Shown: one piece after another, positions 10,027-20,218 of the stretch
Layout of the letters: each line of letters opens with the position of its first letter
How positions within the stretch are numbered: position 1 is the stretch's first letter
Assembly: GCA_964417645.1 (NCBI GenBank)
Contig: CAYQIS010000002.1
Coordinates: forward strand, 130,583-194,582
Origin: an uncultured Spirochaetia bacterium
Lineage (GTDB): Bacteria; Oederibacteriota; PGYV01
Direction: 5' to 3'
Length of the DNA: 64,000 nt
Made by a program: the position numbers and the translations under genes
The notes under the pieces: model-generated
What the model saw: the letters and a program-made list of their open reading frames with translations, nothing else
The model's database searches: none
Told to the model about the DNA's origin: nothing

Positions 10027-10722
10027 TTGCGATTGCTTGTGATAAAGCATGAAGTGTTTGAAGGCCCGGCAAGAATTGCCGATTGGGCAAAGGAAAAGGG
10101 GCACGAGATAAGTGAAGTGCTTATTGACAGGGAAAAACTTCCTTTAATTGACACATTTGATTTTCTTGTTTTGATGGGCGGTTCGATGAGTGTTAATGAT
10201 GAACGCCGCTTTGAATGGCTGAAATATGAAAAAGAATATATACTTGAAGCGATTAAAGCGGAAAAACATGTGCTTGGAGTTTGTCTTGGAGCTCAGCTTG
10301 TTTCAAATGCGCTTGGGGGAAGGGTTTTTAAAAACAGAGAAAAAGAAATAGGATGGTTTCCTGTTTATCTTACGGAGGCGGGCAGGGCATCCGCTTTTTT
10401 TAAAGGGCTGCCCGAAGAATTTGTGGCTTTTCACTGGCACGGAGAAACATTTGAAATACCCCCGGGATGCGAACGGCTTGCATATTCCGATGCCTGCGAC
10501 AATCAGGCATTTTCGTACGGCGACAGGGTGTTGGGTCTGCAGTTTCACATAGAAACAACCCCTGAATCGGCTGCCGAAATTGCAAAAGAGTGTTCCGATG
10601 AGCTTGTTCCTTCAAAATATGTTCAGGATGCCGCACAAATTATTTCAAGACAGATGCGTTTTGATGTTGTCAACAGGATTTTGTATGGCGTTCTTGACAA
10701 CCTTACGGACGGGAAAAAATGA
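10027..10722 (+). CDS. class I glutamine amidotransferase-like protein
   Basis: GATase1 Cys elbow (VLGVCLGAQL) and HWH...FQFHIE motif. Confidence 0.75.
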   Translation: MRLLVIKHEVFEGPARIADWAKEKGHEISEVLIDREKLPLIDTFDFLVLMGGSMSVNDERRFEWLKYEKEYILEAIKAEKHVLGVCLGAQLVSNALGGRVFKNREKEIGWFPVYLTEAGRASAFFKGLPEEFVAFHWHGETFEIPPGCERLAYSDACDNQAFSYGDRVLGLQFHIETTPESAAEIAKECSDELVPSKYVQDAAQIISRQMRFDVVNRILYGVLDNLTDGKK

Positions 10723-12764
10723 CGATAAGCGAGATAATCACCTGTTCGATTGTTATTCTGGCCGCGGTTGTAAATGCAATACTTGCTATAATAGCGATAG
10801 CCAGAAGCCGCGAACCAATAAACACATCTTTTTTCTTTATGAGCATACTGCTTGCAGGATGGGGGGTATGCGTTGCCTTGTGGCAGTATTTTGGCATTAA
10901 AATATTTGAGAGCATAAATTTCATGATAGTTTCTTTGATACCCGCCGCAGGAAACGCGCTGGCCATATCTTTGTATAAAAGAAAAAATGTAATAATGGAC
11001 AGAATATTCAAAGTCACTATTATACTTGGGATAATAAGTTCTTTCAGCGCTTTTATGACAATAATAGACAGAAGTTGGTATGAAATCTATTTTTCCGGTC
11101 CTGGAAAACTTGCCGTGTTTATATTTATGTTCGGAGCGCTCTCCATATCCATGGGGTATCTTGTTTATATGTATAATAAGGTCACATATAAACAGGAAAA
11201 AAATAAAATTAAATATGTTATTGCGGGACTTTGGATATTGTTTATAGGAGGCATGCTTGATTTAATAGGCGGCCTTGGATTTACCACCATTGTCAATATA
11301 GGAAACATGTGCAACGGAGTTTATTCCGTCATAATTTTTATTGCCGTATTTAAACTAAGATTGCTGGATCCGGGAATACTTTTCAGGCGCTTTGCGGTTT
11401 ATGTTTTTATGGCGGCGGTGGTGACCGCAATACTGGCGATACCCAATATGTTTGAAGACATACCGCTTCCAATTGTGGTTGCGCTTGATTTTACGGCAAT
11501 AATAGCGGTTATTTATTACGGTTCGGTGATTTTTGAAAAGTTGAATGAATTTGCCCAGCGTATAGGCGGGAAAACAGCTTCGGAAACATTAAAAAAGGAG
11601 TATGATTTTATAAGGTTTGTTCAGGCCCCCGAAGACAGCAAAGTAATGTCTTTTATGAATTCAATAAAAAATAATTTGGATATGGAAACTGCCCTTTACA
11701 TAAAAGAAGGCGATTATATGATAAAAAAGATGTCAACGGGCGGGAATTTTCCGGCAAGTGTTGACAGCAGTTTTGTTCCGGAAAAACCTTTGATAAGATA
11801 CGAGGAATCGGGAAACGGCGGGCAAGGATATGTAAAAAATTTAAACGGATTTGTCAAGGAAGTTATGTCTTCAAAGCAGGATTTTTTGCCGCAAAATATT
11901 GAGTATCTTGATCTTTTTAAAGCGGATTTGATTCTTCCGTTAAGATGCGGAATGGACGATATAGGCATAATGACCGGAAAAAAGATAAACGCCGACATTT
12001 CTTTTACCGCGGATGAAATTAAAGTCATAAACAGCATAACGGAAACAAGCGCTTTTTATATGAAAGCGCATCTTCTTAGCGTGAAACTCCTTGAAAATGA
12101 GAATATGAAGAGAATAGGTATGATGGCAAGGCAGATGGCTCATGAAATAAAAAATCCTCTTGCTTCGCTTTGGGGCGCTGTGCAGCTGTTAACCGCAAAA
12201 ACCAAAGAAGAGGAAGAAAATGTAAGAATAATAAGGGAAGAGATAAAAAGGCTTACCGGAATTCTTGACAGCTGGAACGATTTTGCAAGAGAAGTTAAAC
12301 TTGTGAAGGAAAATTTTGATATTTTAAAACTGGTGGCGGATTCTGTGGCGTTGGTTAACAAGAGAAGCGGTGTCTCGGGAATTCTTTTTACAACGGCCGC
12401 AGTAGACGAGGTTAAGGTTTTTGCCGACAAGGATAAAATAAAGCAGGTTATACTTAATGTTCTTGGCAATGCAATAGATGCCGTTTCTGAAAGCTCTGAC
12501 CCCAGTGTTACCATAGAAGTTATAAAGAAAGAAAATGCGGTTGATTTAAAAATAAGGGATAATGGTCATGGAATAAGCCAGGAAAATCTTGATAAAATAA
12601 AACAGCCGCTTTTTACAACCAAGACAAAAGGGACGGGGCTTGGTCTGGCGATTTCCGACAGAATAATGAAAAGTCACGGAGGCGCGCTTATAATAGAAAG
12701 CAACGGGAAGGATTATACGGAAGTTACAATATCAATTCCGAATCAGGGAAGGCAGGATGACTAA
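10719..12764 (+). CDS. sensor histidine kinase with a large polytopic N-terminal membrane domain
   Basis: About 8 predicted TM helices, then HisKA H-box (MAHEIKNPLASL) and HATPase_c G-boxes (GHGIS...GTGLGLAIS). Confidence 0.85.
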   Translation: MTISEIITCSIVILAAVVNAILAIIAIARSREPINTSFFFMSILLAGWGVCVALWQYFGIKIFESINFMIVSLIPAAGNALAISLYKRKNVIMDRIFKVTIILGIISSFSAFMTIIDRSWYEIYFSGPGKLAVFIFMFGALSISMGYLVYMYNKVTYKQEKNKIKYVIAGLWILFIGGMLDLIGGLGFTTIVNIGNMCNGVYSVIIFIAVFKLRLLDPGILFRRFAVYVFMAAVVTAILAIPNMFEDIPLPIVVALDFTAIIAVIYYGSVIFEKLNEFAQRIGGKTASETLKKEYDFIRFVQAPEDSKVMSFMNSIKNNLDMETALYIKEGDYMIKKMSTGGNFPASVDSSFVPEKPLIRYEESGNGGQGYVKNLNGFVKEVMSSKQDFLPQNIEYLDLFKADLILPLRCGMDDIGIMTGKKINADISFTADEIKVINSITETSAFYMKAHLLSVKLLENENMKRIGMMARQMAHEIKNPLASLWGAVQLLTAKTKEEEENVRIIREEIKRLTGILDSWNDFAREVKLVKENFDILKLVADSVALVNKRSGVSGILFTTAAVDEVKVFADKDKIKQVILNVLGNAIDAVSESSDPSVTIEVIKKENAVDLKIRDNGHGISQENLDKIKQPLFTTKTKGTGLGLAISDRIMKSHGGALIIESNGKDYTEVTISIPNQGRQDD

Positions 12765-14107
12765 TGGCAAGAATACTTGTGGTTGATGATGAATCCAACA
12801 TAAGAACCGTTTTAAAAGGGCTTTTGATAAAAAACGGATTTGCGGATGTGCTTACGGCGGAAAACGGAAGTCAGGCGTATGACATCTTTTATGACAGGGC
12901 AATAGATTTGATAATATCCGATGTAAATATGCCTGTAATGGACGGAATAAAATTGTTTGAAAAAGTCAGGGACAGCGGGGTTATTTTTATAATAATAACC
13001 GCCGTGGGAACAATTGAAATGGCGGTTGACCTGATGAAAAAGGGCGTTTATGACTTTATTTCAAAGCCTTTTGATGAGACCGAACTGGTAAATACCGTAA
13101 GAAAAGCCCTTGCGGGTGCCGGTAAAATAAAAAAATCTTTGGGTGTTTCCGGCGGGATAGAGGAAGTTTTTTTTAAAAGCAAAAACAATGATATTGAATT
13201 GATAAGGGAAAATATTAAAAGGGTTGCAAAAACAAAAGCGGGCGTTCTTATTACCGGGGAAACCGGAACGGGAAAAGGACTTGTTGCGAATTATATACAC
13301 AAATGCGGAAGTGAAAATTCCGCGCCTTTTGTTCATGTAAATTGCGCCGCCATACCGTCCGGACTGATGGAAGCGGAATTGTTTGGATATAAAAAGGGGG
13401 CTTTTACAGGGGCTGTTTGCGACAAGCCCGGAAAATTTGAACTTGCGGACAAGGGGACCATATTTCTTGATGAAATAGGGGAATTGCAGCCGGAGTTACA
13501 GGCCAAACTTCTTACTGTTTTACAGGAAAAAAAGTGTGTAAGGCTTGGGGATATAAAGCCGGTGAGTTTTGACTGCAGGGTTATTGCTGCCACAAATATT
13601 GACATCAGAAAAGCGGTAAGAGACAAAAATTTCAGGGAAGATTTATATTTCAGACTGAACGTTGTTGGGATAGAGATTCCTCCTTTAAGGGCAAGGAAGG
13701 ATGATATACCGGAATTTGTTGAATTTTTCAACAACAAATACTGCGGTGAATATGAAGTTGACAAAAAAATTTTTGAGAATGACGCAATTGAGTATATGAA
13801 AGGATGCCGTTTCAGCGGCAATATAAGGGAGCTTGAAAACGTGATACAAAAAGTTCTTGTTATGGAGAAGGAAAAAAGAGTTGGGGCCCAAGTGATTGAA
13901 AAATATTTGGGAAAAGAAGAGGAAATTTACGATAAGGAAGAAATTGACCTTTCGGAAAAAATGAAAGATGAAAAAGCAAGGGTTGAAGAAGAAATTATTA
14001 GAAAAGCATTGAAAGAAACCGGCGGGAACAGATCTGAAGCCAGCAAACGTCTGGGAATAAGCAGGCGGTCTTTGCTGTATAAGCTTAAGGAATACGGAAT
14101 AGAATAG
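12764..14107 (+). CDS. sigma-54-dependent response regulator (NtrC family)
   Basis: REC domain (DDES...D), AAA+ sigma-54 activator motifs (GETGTGKG, GAFTGA, GNIRELEN) and C-terminal Fis-type HTH. Start overlaps the kinase stop (TAATG). Ends in TAG. Confidence 0.9.
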   Translation: MARILVVDDESNIRTVLKGLLIKNGFADVLTAENGSQAYDIFYDRAIDLIISDVNMPVMDGIKLFEKVRDSGVIFIIITAVGTIEMAVDLMKKGVYDFISKPFDETELVNTVRKALAGAGKIKKSLGVSGGIEEVFFKSKNNDIELIRENIKRVAKTKAGVLITGETGTGKGLVANYIHKCGSENSAPFVHVNCAAIPSGLMEAELFGYKKGAFTGAVCDKPGKFELADKGTIFLDEIGELQPELQAKLLTVLQEKKCVRLGDIKPVSFDCRVIAATNIDIRKAVRDKNFREDLYFRLNVVGIEIPPLRARKDDIPEFVEFFNNKYCGEYEVDKKIFENDAIEYMKGCRFSGNIRELENVIQKVLVMEKEKRVGAQVIEKYLGKEEEIYDKEEIDLSEKMKDEKARVEEEIIRKALKETGGNRSEASKRLGISRRSLLYKLKEYGIE

Positions 14108-14152
14108 AAACAAAAACAATTAATTTTTGTCAAAAAAAGAAAAAAGGAAAAA

Positions 14153-15733
14153 ATGAAACTTTTAAGGGGAATTTTCTTTCAGCTTGCGGCCGGAGTATTT
14201 TTCTTTTGTTCGGTTTTTTCCGGCACAATAAATCTGCAGAAAACAATTGAACCCGAAGTCGGTTTTGTGGGCGACACCGTAACCGTATGTATTTCAATAG
14301 ACCCTCAGGGGGAAACGCCAAAAGCTGACATTGTGTGGGTGATTGACAGAAGCGGTTCAATGAGCACCGGCATAAACAACATAAAAAACAATATAAATTA
14401 TATGACAACACAGCTTGCATCAAAAGGAATTGATTACAGGCAGGGGCTTGTAACTTATGAAGGTTTGCCTGATGACTCTGCAAGTTTTACGCTTTATGGA
14501 TTTGCGTCTTCTGATTCGCAGTTTTCTTCCTGGCTTGCGGGTATAACCGTTGGCGGAGGATATGAACCCGGCCTTGAAGCATTATACAAGGCAAATTCAA
14601 TGGGCTGGCGTCCAGATGCTTCAAAAAGCCTGATTTTAATCACGGATGAGGCGCTTCCCTGCCTTGAGCAGAATTTTTACGCTGTTGACACGCACCTTTC
14701 AATGACTTACACGGCATCAGACCTTTCTTCGCAGGGCGTGGTAATTCACTCCATAAGCAAGGCATATCCGGTGCCGAATGTTTATATGCAGTGCAATCCC
14801 GCGGATCTTCCTCCGCTTGCCGGAGGATTATGGCTTGATTACAGCGCGCCTTCTTCAAGCTGGAATATTTTTCTGTCAACGCTTGGCAATGCAATCAGCA
14901 GCTATACAAATGTGGTAATAAGAGACCCGATGCCGCCGGAATTGATGCCGCTTGCCCCGTACGGAGGAGGTACATATTCCGGCGGAGAAGTTATATGGAC
15001 TTTCAGTTCTGTCGGAAAAGGAGTGCCTTTTCAAGTTTGTTTTCCGGCAGTGATTACAAGCTCTTTTACGGGAACAATCAGCAATACGGCTTATGTTTCC
15101 GCCGACGGTGTTACGGAAACGTCATCAAACCCGGAATATGTTTTTTACCCTACCAACACGGCAACTATAACGCAGACATCAACAAAAACAAGCACACCTA
15201 CCATCACACCCACTCATACAATAACCGAAACCCATACCATAACAAAAACTCATACAGTTTCTCCGACCATAACACAAACATGGACATTTACCCACACCCC
15301 CACAATAACCAAAACGGCAACACAGACAGTAACAGGAACAGCCACACAAACCGCAACACAGACAACCACTCCAAGCGTCACACAAACCATAACACCGACT
15401 TTCACAATAACCCCCACATTTACGCCGACCCCTCCGCCTTTAATTCTTGCGGATTACGGAGGATTTCCAAATCCGTTCAGGGATGACACAAGGATTGTTT
15501 TTTATGTTTCGGTTGAAGCGGATGTTACTGTTAAAATCTACACTGTTTCGGGAGAAGTGGTAAGGGAATCCGAACCCATGGACTGCCCGCGCGGCAGAAA
15601 CAGTTTTTACTGGGACGGGAAAAACAAGAGCAACAAAAAAGTGGCTTCCGGAGTTTTTATTTACAGGATAACCGCGGTGTCAAAAAAAGGAGAAAAGCAG
15701 TTTGCTTTTGGAAAGGTTTCATGCGTTCGATAA
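14153..15733 (+). CDS. secreted von Willebrand factor A domain protein with alternating-Thr linker and canonical T9SS-type C-terminal sorting domain
   Basis: Signal peptide, VWA MIDAS motif (VWVIDRSGSM), about 80 aa of TxT repeats, and a C-terminal Por_Secre_tail-like domain (FPNPF...VKIYTVSGEVV...FYWDG...GVFIYRI). Confidence 0.8.
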   Translation: MKLLRGIFFQLAAGVFFFCSVFSGTINLQKTIEPEVGFVGDTVTVCISIDPQGETPKADIVWVIDRSGSMSTGINNIKNNINYMTTQLASKGIDYRQGLVTYEGLPDDSASFTLYGFASSDSQFSSWLAGITVGGGYEPGLEALYKANSMGWRPDASKSLILITDEALPCLEQNFYAVDTHLSMTYTASDLSSQGVVIHSISKAYPVPNVYMQCNPADLPPLAGGLWLDYSAPSSSWNIFLSTLGNAISSYTNVVIRDPMPPELMPLAPYGGGTYSGGEVIWTFSSVGKGVPFQVCFPAVITSSFTGTISNTAYVSADGVTETSSNPEYVFYPTNTATITQTSTKTSTPTITPTHTITETHTITKTHTVSPTITQTWTFTHTPTITKTATQTVTGTATQTATQTTTPSVTQTITPTFTITPTFTPTPPPLILADYGGFPNPFRDDTRIVFYVSVEADVTVKIYTVSGEVVRESEPMDCPRGRNSFYWDGKNKSNKKVASGVFIYRITAVSKKGEKQFAFGKVSCVR

Positions 15734-15806
15734 ATTAATAAGCCCTTTTTGTTGAAAAAAACCCCTCCCTGGTTTATTATAAATACAAAAATATTCGGAG
15801 AAAAAT

Positions 15807-16862
15807 ATGGAATCGTTGTTTGAAACAAACGCAGGCGGAGCAACAATAGCGGATTATATGAAAGCGCTGATTATATCGGCGGCGGGGATTTTGATTGTAT
15901 TTGTTTTTAACAGAATTATACTTAAATGGATCAAAAAGAAGGCTGCGGAAACGGAAACAAAGCTGGATGATGTTATAGTTGCGCTTGTTGAAAAAATTAT
16001 GCCCTTGTTATATTTTGCCGCTGTTTATTTTGGTTTTAATTCGGTAAGTCTTGGGGACACGGCCGATGCGGTGGTTGACAAGGCCGGAATTATAATTTCA
16101 ACGCTTGTGGGGTTGAATTTTCTTTCAAAGTTCACCGAAGAGGTTCTTAAAATATTCTGGCCGGTGCAGAATGCTGAAGATGCGGAACAGGAAAAGAAAA
16201 ATTTAAGCGGAGTAATGGTTGTAATAAATGTTCTTATATGGGTAATAGGAATTATAGTTTTAATGGACAACCTTGGATATAAGGTTTCAACAATTGTTGC
16301 AGGTCTTGGAATAGGCGGTATTGCCGTTGCTCTTGCCGCACAGGCGGTGCTCGGGGATCTTTTTGCATATTTTTCAATTTTGTTTGACAAACCTTTCAGG
16401 ATAGGGGATGTGATAAGCGTAAACGGAATTACAGGAACGCTTGAAACCATAGGAATTAAAACCGCAAGAATCAGGAATCTAAGGGGGGAAGAAGTTATAA
16501 TACCCACTTCTGATCTTACGAAATCAATGGTTAATAACTTTAAAAAAATGCATGAAAGAAGGGTTGTTGCCTCGATAGGAGTTATTTACGGAACACCTTC
16601 CGAAAAATTAAGAAAAATTCCTGAAATAATAAAAGATATAATCACAAATCATACAGATGTAAGATTTGACAGGGCTCATTTTGCATCTTACGGGGATTAT
16701 TCTTTGAATTTTGAAATTGTATACTATGTTCTTTCTCCTGATTATGCAAAATTCATGGACATACAGCAGGAAGTGAATTTAAAAATTTATGAGGCTTTTG
16801 AACGGGAAAAAATAGAATTTGCATATCCGACAAGCACCGTATATGTAAAAAAAGAAAACTGA
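15807..16862 (+). CDS. mechanosensitive ion channel (MscS family)
   Basis: MscS TM3 and beta-domain pattern (IGGIAVALAAQ...GDLFAYFSILFDKPFRIGDVI). Confidence 0.8.
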   Translation: MESLFETNAGGATIADYMKALIISAAGILIVFVFNRIILKWIKKKAAETETKLDDVIVALVEKIMPLLYFAAVYFGFNSVSLGDTADAVVDKAGIIISTLVGLNFLSKFTEEVLKIFWPVQNAEDAEQEKKNLSGVMVVINVLIWVIGIIVLMDNLGYKVSTIVAGLGIGGIAVALAAQAVLGDLFAYFSILFDKPFRIGDVISVNGITGTLETIGIKTARIRNLRGEEVIIPTSDLTKSMVNNFKKMHERRVVASIGVIYGTPSEKLRKIPEIIKDIITNHTDVRFDRAHFASYGDYSLNFEIVYYVLSPDYAKFMDIQQEVNLKIYEAFEREKIEFAYPTSTVYVKKEN

Positions 16863-16872
16863 GGAGGCCTGT

Positions 16873-17058
16873 ATGAACCTTGGAATGGGGGAATTAATAG
16901 TTATAGGAATAGTGGTGCTTTTGGTTTTTGGGGCTAGCAGGCTTCCCGAGGTGGGCAGATCTCTGGGTGAAGCCGTTAATCAGTTTAAACGCGGTTTAAA
17001 CGGCGAAAAGGAAGAAAAAATTGAAGAAGAAAAGGACAAAAAAAGCCCCAAAAAATGA
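16873..17058 (+). CDS. tatA: twin-arginine translocase subunit TatA/E
   Basis: MNLGMGELIVIGIVVLLVFGASRLPEVGRSLG matches the TatA core. RBS GGAGG upstream. Confidence 0.9.
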   Translation: MNLGMGELIVIGIVVLLVFGASRLPEVGRSLGEAVNQFKRGLNGEKEEKIEEEKDKKSPKK

Positions 17059-17749
17059 ACCGGATTTTGTGACACACCTTGAAGAACTCCGTTCAAGAAT
17101 AATTTTTGTGCTTGTTTTTTTTGTTGTGGCTTTTATTTTAATGTTTTGTTTTTCGCCTGAAATTACTGCTTTGCTTCGTGAGGCCGCCGGAAATCCTTCT
17201 GTTACTCTTGCGTATTTTAAGCCGTACGAAAAATTTATGGCATACATGAAAATCGCTTTTTTTGGATCGGTTTTTGTAAGCGTGCCTGTGGCTGTTTTAC
17301 AGGCGGCTGCTTTTGTGTATCCGGCCCTTAAAGAAAAAGAGAAAAAAACATTTTATATTATAACCGTTGCCGCGCCGTTTATTTTTGTTTTGGGATGCGC
17401 ATTTGGTCTTTTTGTCATAACGCCGGCTGCATTTTCTTTTTTTACCATGTTTATGAAAGGGGACGGAGTGCAGCCTCTTTGGAGTATGGATTCTTTTTAC
17501 GGTCTTATAGCCGGAATATCCGTGATAACAGGGGCTGTTTTTGTGACGCCTCTTCCCGTGGCTTTTCTTGTTAAAACAGGTATAATAAGTAAAGGAATGA
17601 TATCGGCTTTAAGGCCGTATATTATAGTGGCTTGTTTTGTTTTGGCGGCTTTTATTACGCCCGGACCGGACCCCGTAACACAAGTTTTGACGGCGCTGCC
17701 TTTATATTTGCTGTTTGAGTTGTCAGCTCTGGCCGGGAAAATTATATAG
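17021..17749 (+). CDS. tatC: twin-arginine translocase subunit TatC
   Basis: 6-TM TatC with HLEELRSRI N-terminal motif. The first ATG overlaps tatA by 38 nt, so the true start may be a few codons downstream. Ends in TAG. Confidence 0.85.
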   Translation: MKKKRTKKAPKNEPDFVTHLEELRSRIIFVLVFFVVAFILMFCFSPEITALLREAAGNPSVTLAYFKPYEKFMAYMKIAFFGSVFVSVPVAVLQAAAFVYPALKEKEKKTFYIITVAAPFIFVLGCAFGLFVITPAAFSFFTMFMKGDGVQPLWSMDSFYGLIAGISVITGAVFVTPLPVAFLVKTGIISKGMISALRPYIIVACFVLAAFITPGPDPVTQVLTALPLYLLFELSALAGKII

Positions 17750-17758
17750 GAGGCGTAT

Positions 17759-18664
17759 ATGGACAGAAGAGAATTTATTTCAATGTCCGTAAAAATGGCG
17801 GCGATTGCGGGTGCGGCTTCCCTGGGTATTGATAAAAAAATTTTTGCTTCCGGCACATCATTTGATCTTGCCGCAGTAAAGAACGGAACTCCGGTAAAAA
17901 TGCTTGATTCGGCATTGAAGGCTTTGGGAGGAATGGATAAGTTTGTAAAAAAAGGCGGAACCGTTCTTGTGAAGCCAAATATAGGCTGGGATGTTGAACC
18001 GGAACTTGCGGCAAATACCAATCCTGAGCTTGTTGCGGGAGTGGTAAAACACTGTCTTGATGCCGGGGCTTCAAAAGTATATGTAATGGATCATACCTGC
18101 GACGGCTGGAAAAGCGCATACAGAACCAGCGGAATAGAAAAGGCGGCAAAGAATGCCGGCGCCGTTGTGGTAACAGGAAACAGCAGGGGAAATTATCAGG
18201 AAATTGATATTAAAGGGGCAAAAACGCTTAAACGGACAATGGTCCATGAACTTATGATATCCTGTGATTCTTTTATTAACGTTCCAATATTAAAAAGTCA
18301 CGGTTCAACAGGGCTTACAATTGGCATGAAAAATCTTATGGGCACGGTATGGGACAGAGGATGGTGGCACATGAGCGGTCTGCATCAGTGCATAGCGGAT
18401 TTTGCCGCCTACAGAAAACCGGATCTTACAATAGTGGACGCATTCAGGATAATGAAAAGAAACGGGCCGCGGGGGGTCTCAAAGGCTGATGTTGAGGAAA
18501 CCCGTTCTTTAATTGCCTCTGCGGATATGGTGGCTGCCGATGCGGCGGCTGCATCACTGTTTGGAGTAAATCCTGCAAGCATTGATTATATAAAAATTGC
18601 GGCTGACAAAGGTCTTGGAAACATTGACCTTGGCAAATTAAGAATAAGCAGGCAGGTAATGTAG
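17759..18664 (+). CDS. DUF362 domain protein with a twin-arginine (Tat) signal peptide
   Basis: N-terminal MDRREFISMSVKMAAIAGAASLG fits the S/T-R-R-x-F-L-K Tat consensus plus an h-region. The rest has a DUF362-like fold. Lies immediately downstream of tatAC. Confidence 0.7.
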   Translation: MDRREFISMSVKMAAIAGAASLGIDKKIFASGTSFDLAAVKNGTPVKMLDSALKALGGMDKFVKKGGTVLVKPNIGWDVEPELAANTNPELVAGVVKHCLDAGASKVYVMDHTCDGWKSAYRTSGIEKAAKNAGAVVVTGNSRGNYQEIDIKGAKTLKRTMVHELMISCDSFINVPILKSHGSTGLTIGMKNLMGTVWDRGWWHMSGLHQCIADFAAYRKPDLTIVDAFRIMKRNGPRGVSKADVEETRSLIASADMVAADAAAASLFGVNPASIDYIKIAADKGLGNIDLGKLRISRQVM

Positions 18665-18665
18665 T

Positions 18666-20087
18666 TTGTTAAAAAAAATAAGGATTGCGGTATCTTTCTC
18701 GGTATTTGCCCTGCTTGTTTTATTTTTTTTGCTGCCCCATACCGATATAAGACTTTCTTATATTGCAAAATTACAGCTTATACCCCTTATTATGTCGTTG
18801 ATATCGGGCGCGGGAATTATTTACGCAGTTTTTTTTCTTTTTTCAATCATCCCCGCGCTGATTGCGGGAAGGATATACTGCTCTTCCGTTTGTCCGCTTG
18901 GTTTTATTCAGGATATTTTTACGGCTTTAAGGAGAACAGCCTCAAACAGCCGATTTGTTTATAAAAAGAAGATAAAGTGGATTACGCCTTTGATTGCGGC
19001 AATAACTTTTGTATCGCTTGTATCCGGTGCTGGAATTTTTTTCTTTTTATTTGAGCCATATTCCATTGCGGCAAGAATTATTAACGCTTTTGTTTCCTTT
19101 GATACAAATGTATTATACACGGCGGTTTTGTATCTAATTGTAATTGCCTGCGTTTCGGTGATGAAAGGAAGATTGTTTTGCAACACTTTGTGTCCTGCCG
19201 GAAGCGTTCTTTCAATGGCCGCGCATTTTTCATTTTATAAAATTGATTTTGACAAAAAATCATGCATTGCCTGCGGCAGATGCGAATATGTATGCAAGGC
19301 GGAATGTATAAACGTTGTAAATAAAGAAGTTGATTTTGAAAGATGCATAGGGTGCATGAACTGTATTGATGTTTGTCCAAAAAATGCGATAAATTGGACT
19401 GCAAAAAAAAGCGCTGAAAAGAAAGGAAGAAGGGAATTTCTGGAAAAATCCGCGCTGGCTTTTGGAGCCGCCGCTGTTTTGCCTGTTTTAAAATCGGAAA
19501 ACGGGCATCCTGTGATGCCGCCCGGCGCTTTAAACATCAGCCGTTTTAATCGGCTTTGTACGGCTTGTCATACATGCGTAAAGGCATGTCCTCAGAAAGT
19601 TATAACAATAAGCCCGGCAGGGTATGGAATACTTAATCCTTTAAGGCCAATGCTTGATTATGAAGTTTCATACTGCCTTTATGCATGTAATGACTGCACA
19701 AAAAGCTGTCCTACGGGAGCGCTTAAGTTTCTTGATGTAAGAGAAAAGAAAAATACTTCCATCGGAAAAGCCGAACTGAACAAACAAATATGCATCGGAT
19801 ATAACGGCGGAATAACGTGCAATGTATGCGTTGAGCATTGCCCTGTTAAGGCCGTTTATGCCGTAAAATATAAAAAAAATCTTGCCCCGGAAATATTAAA
19901 AGACATATGTACGGGCTGCGGAGCATGTGAAAAAAGCTGTCCTGTAAGGCCTGTAAGGGCAATCAGGGTTAAGCCTTTGGATATTCATGAAAAAATACCT
20001 GATCCGGCCAAAGCCGTAAGACCGGGTGAATACAACCTTAAATTCAGTGAAAAAAAGGGAATTAACGGGGACCCCTTTCCTTTTTGA
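18666..20087 (+). CDS. membrane-bound polyferredoxin (NapH/MauN-like 4Fe-4S protein)
   Basis: 4-5 TM helices with a conserved CSSVCPLG segment, then at least five CxxCxxCxxxCP ferredoxin-type cluster motifs. Confidence 0.7.
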   Translation: MLKKIRIAVSFSVFALLVLFFLLPHTDIRLSYIAKLQLIPLIMSLISGAGIIYAVFFLFSIIPALIAGRIYCSSVCPLGFIQDIFTALRRTASNSRFVYKKKIKWITPLIAAITFVSLVSGAGIFFFLFEPYSIAARIINAFVSFDTNVLYTAVLYLIVIACVSVMKGRLFCNTLCPAGSVLSMAAHFSFYKIDFDKKSCIACGRCEYVCKAECINVVNKEVDFERCIGCMNCIDVCPKNAINWTAKKSAEKKGRREFLEKSALAFGAAAVLPVLKSENGHPVMPPGALNISRFNRLCTACHTCVKACPQKVITISPAGYGILNPLRPMLDYEVSYCLYACNDCTKSCPTGALKFLDVREKKNTSIGKAELNKQICIGYNGGITCNVCVEHCPVKAVYAVKYKKNLAPEILKDICTGCGACEKSCPVRPVRAIRVKPLDIHEKIPDPAKAVRPGEYNLKFSEKKGINGDPFPF

Positions 20088-20218
20088 AATTTCTTAATAT
20101 TAAATATTCTTAAAAAACTTTTCTTTTTAATGCTTTTGCTGATTTTATGAAATTTGATTTTGGAAGATATATTAAGCATAATTGAGGTGAAAGAATAAAA
20201 CGGAAAGAGGTGAGGACA

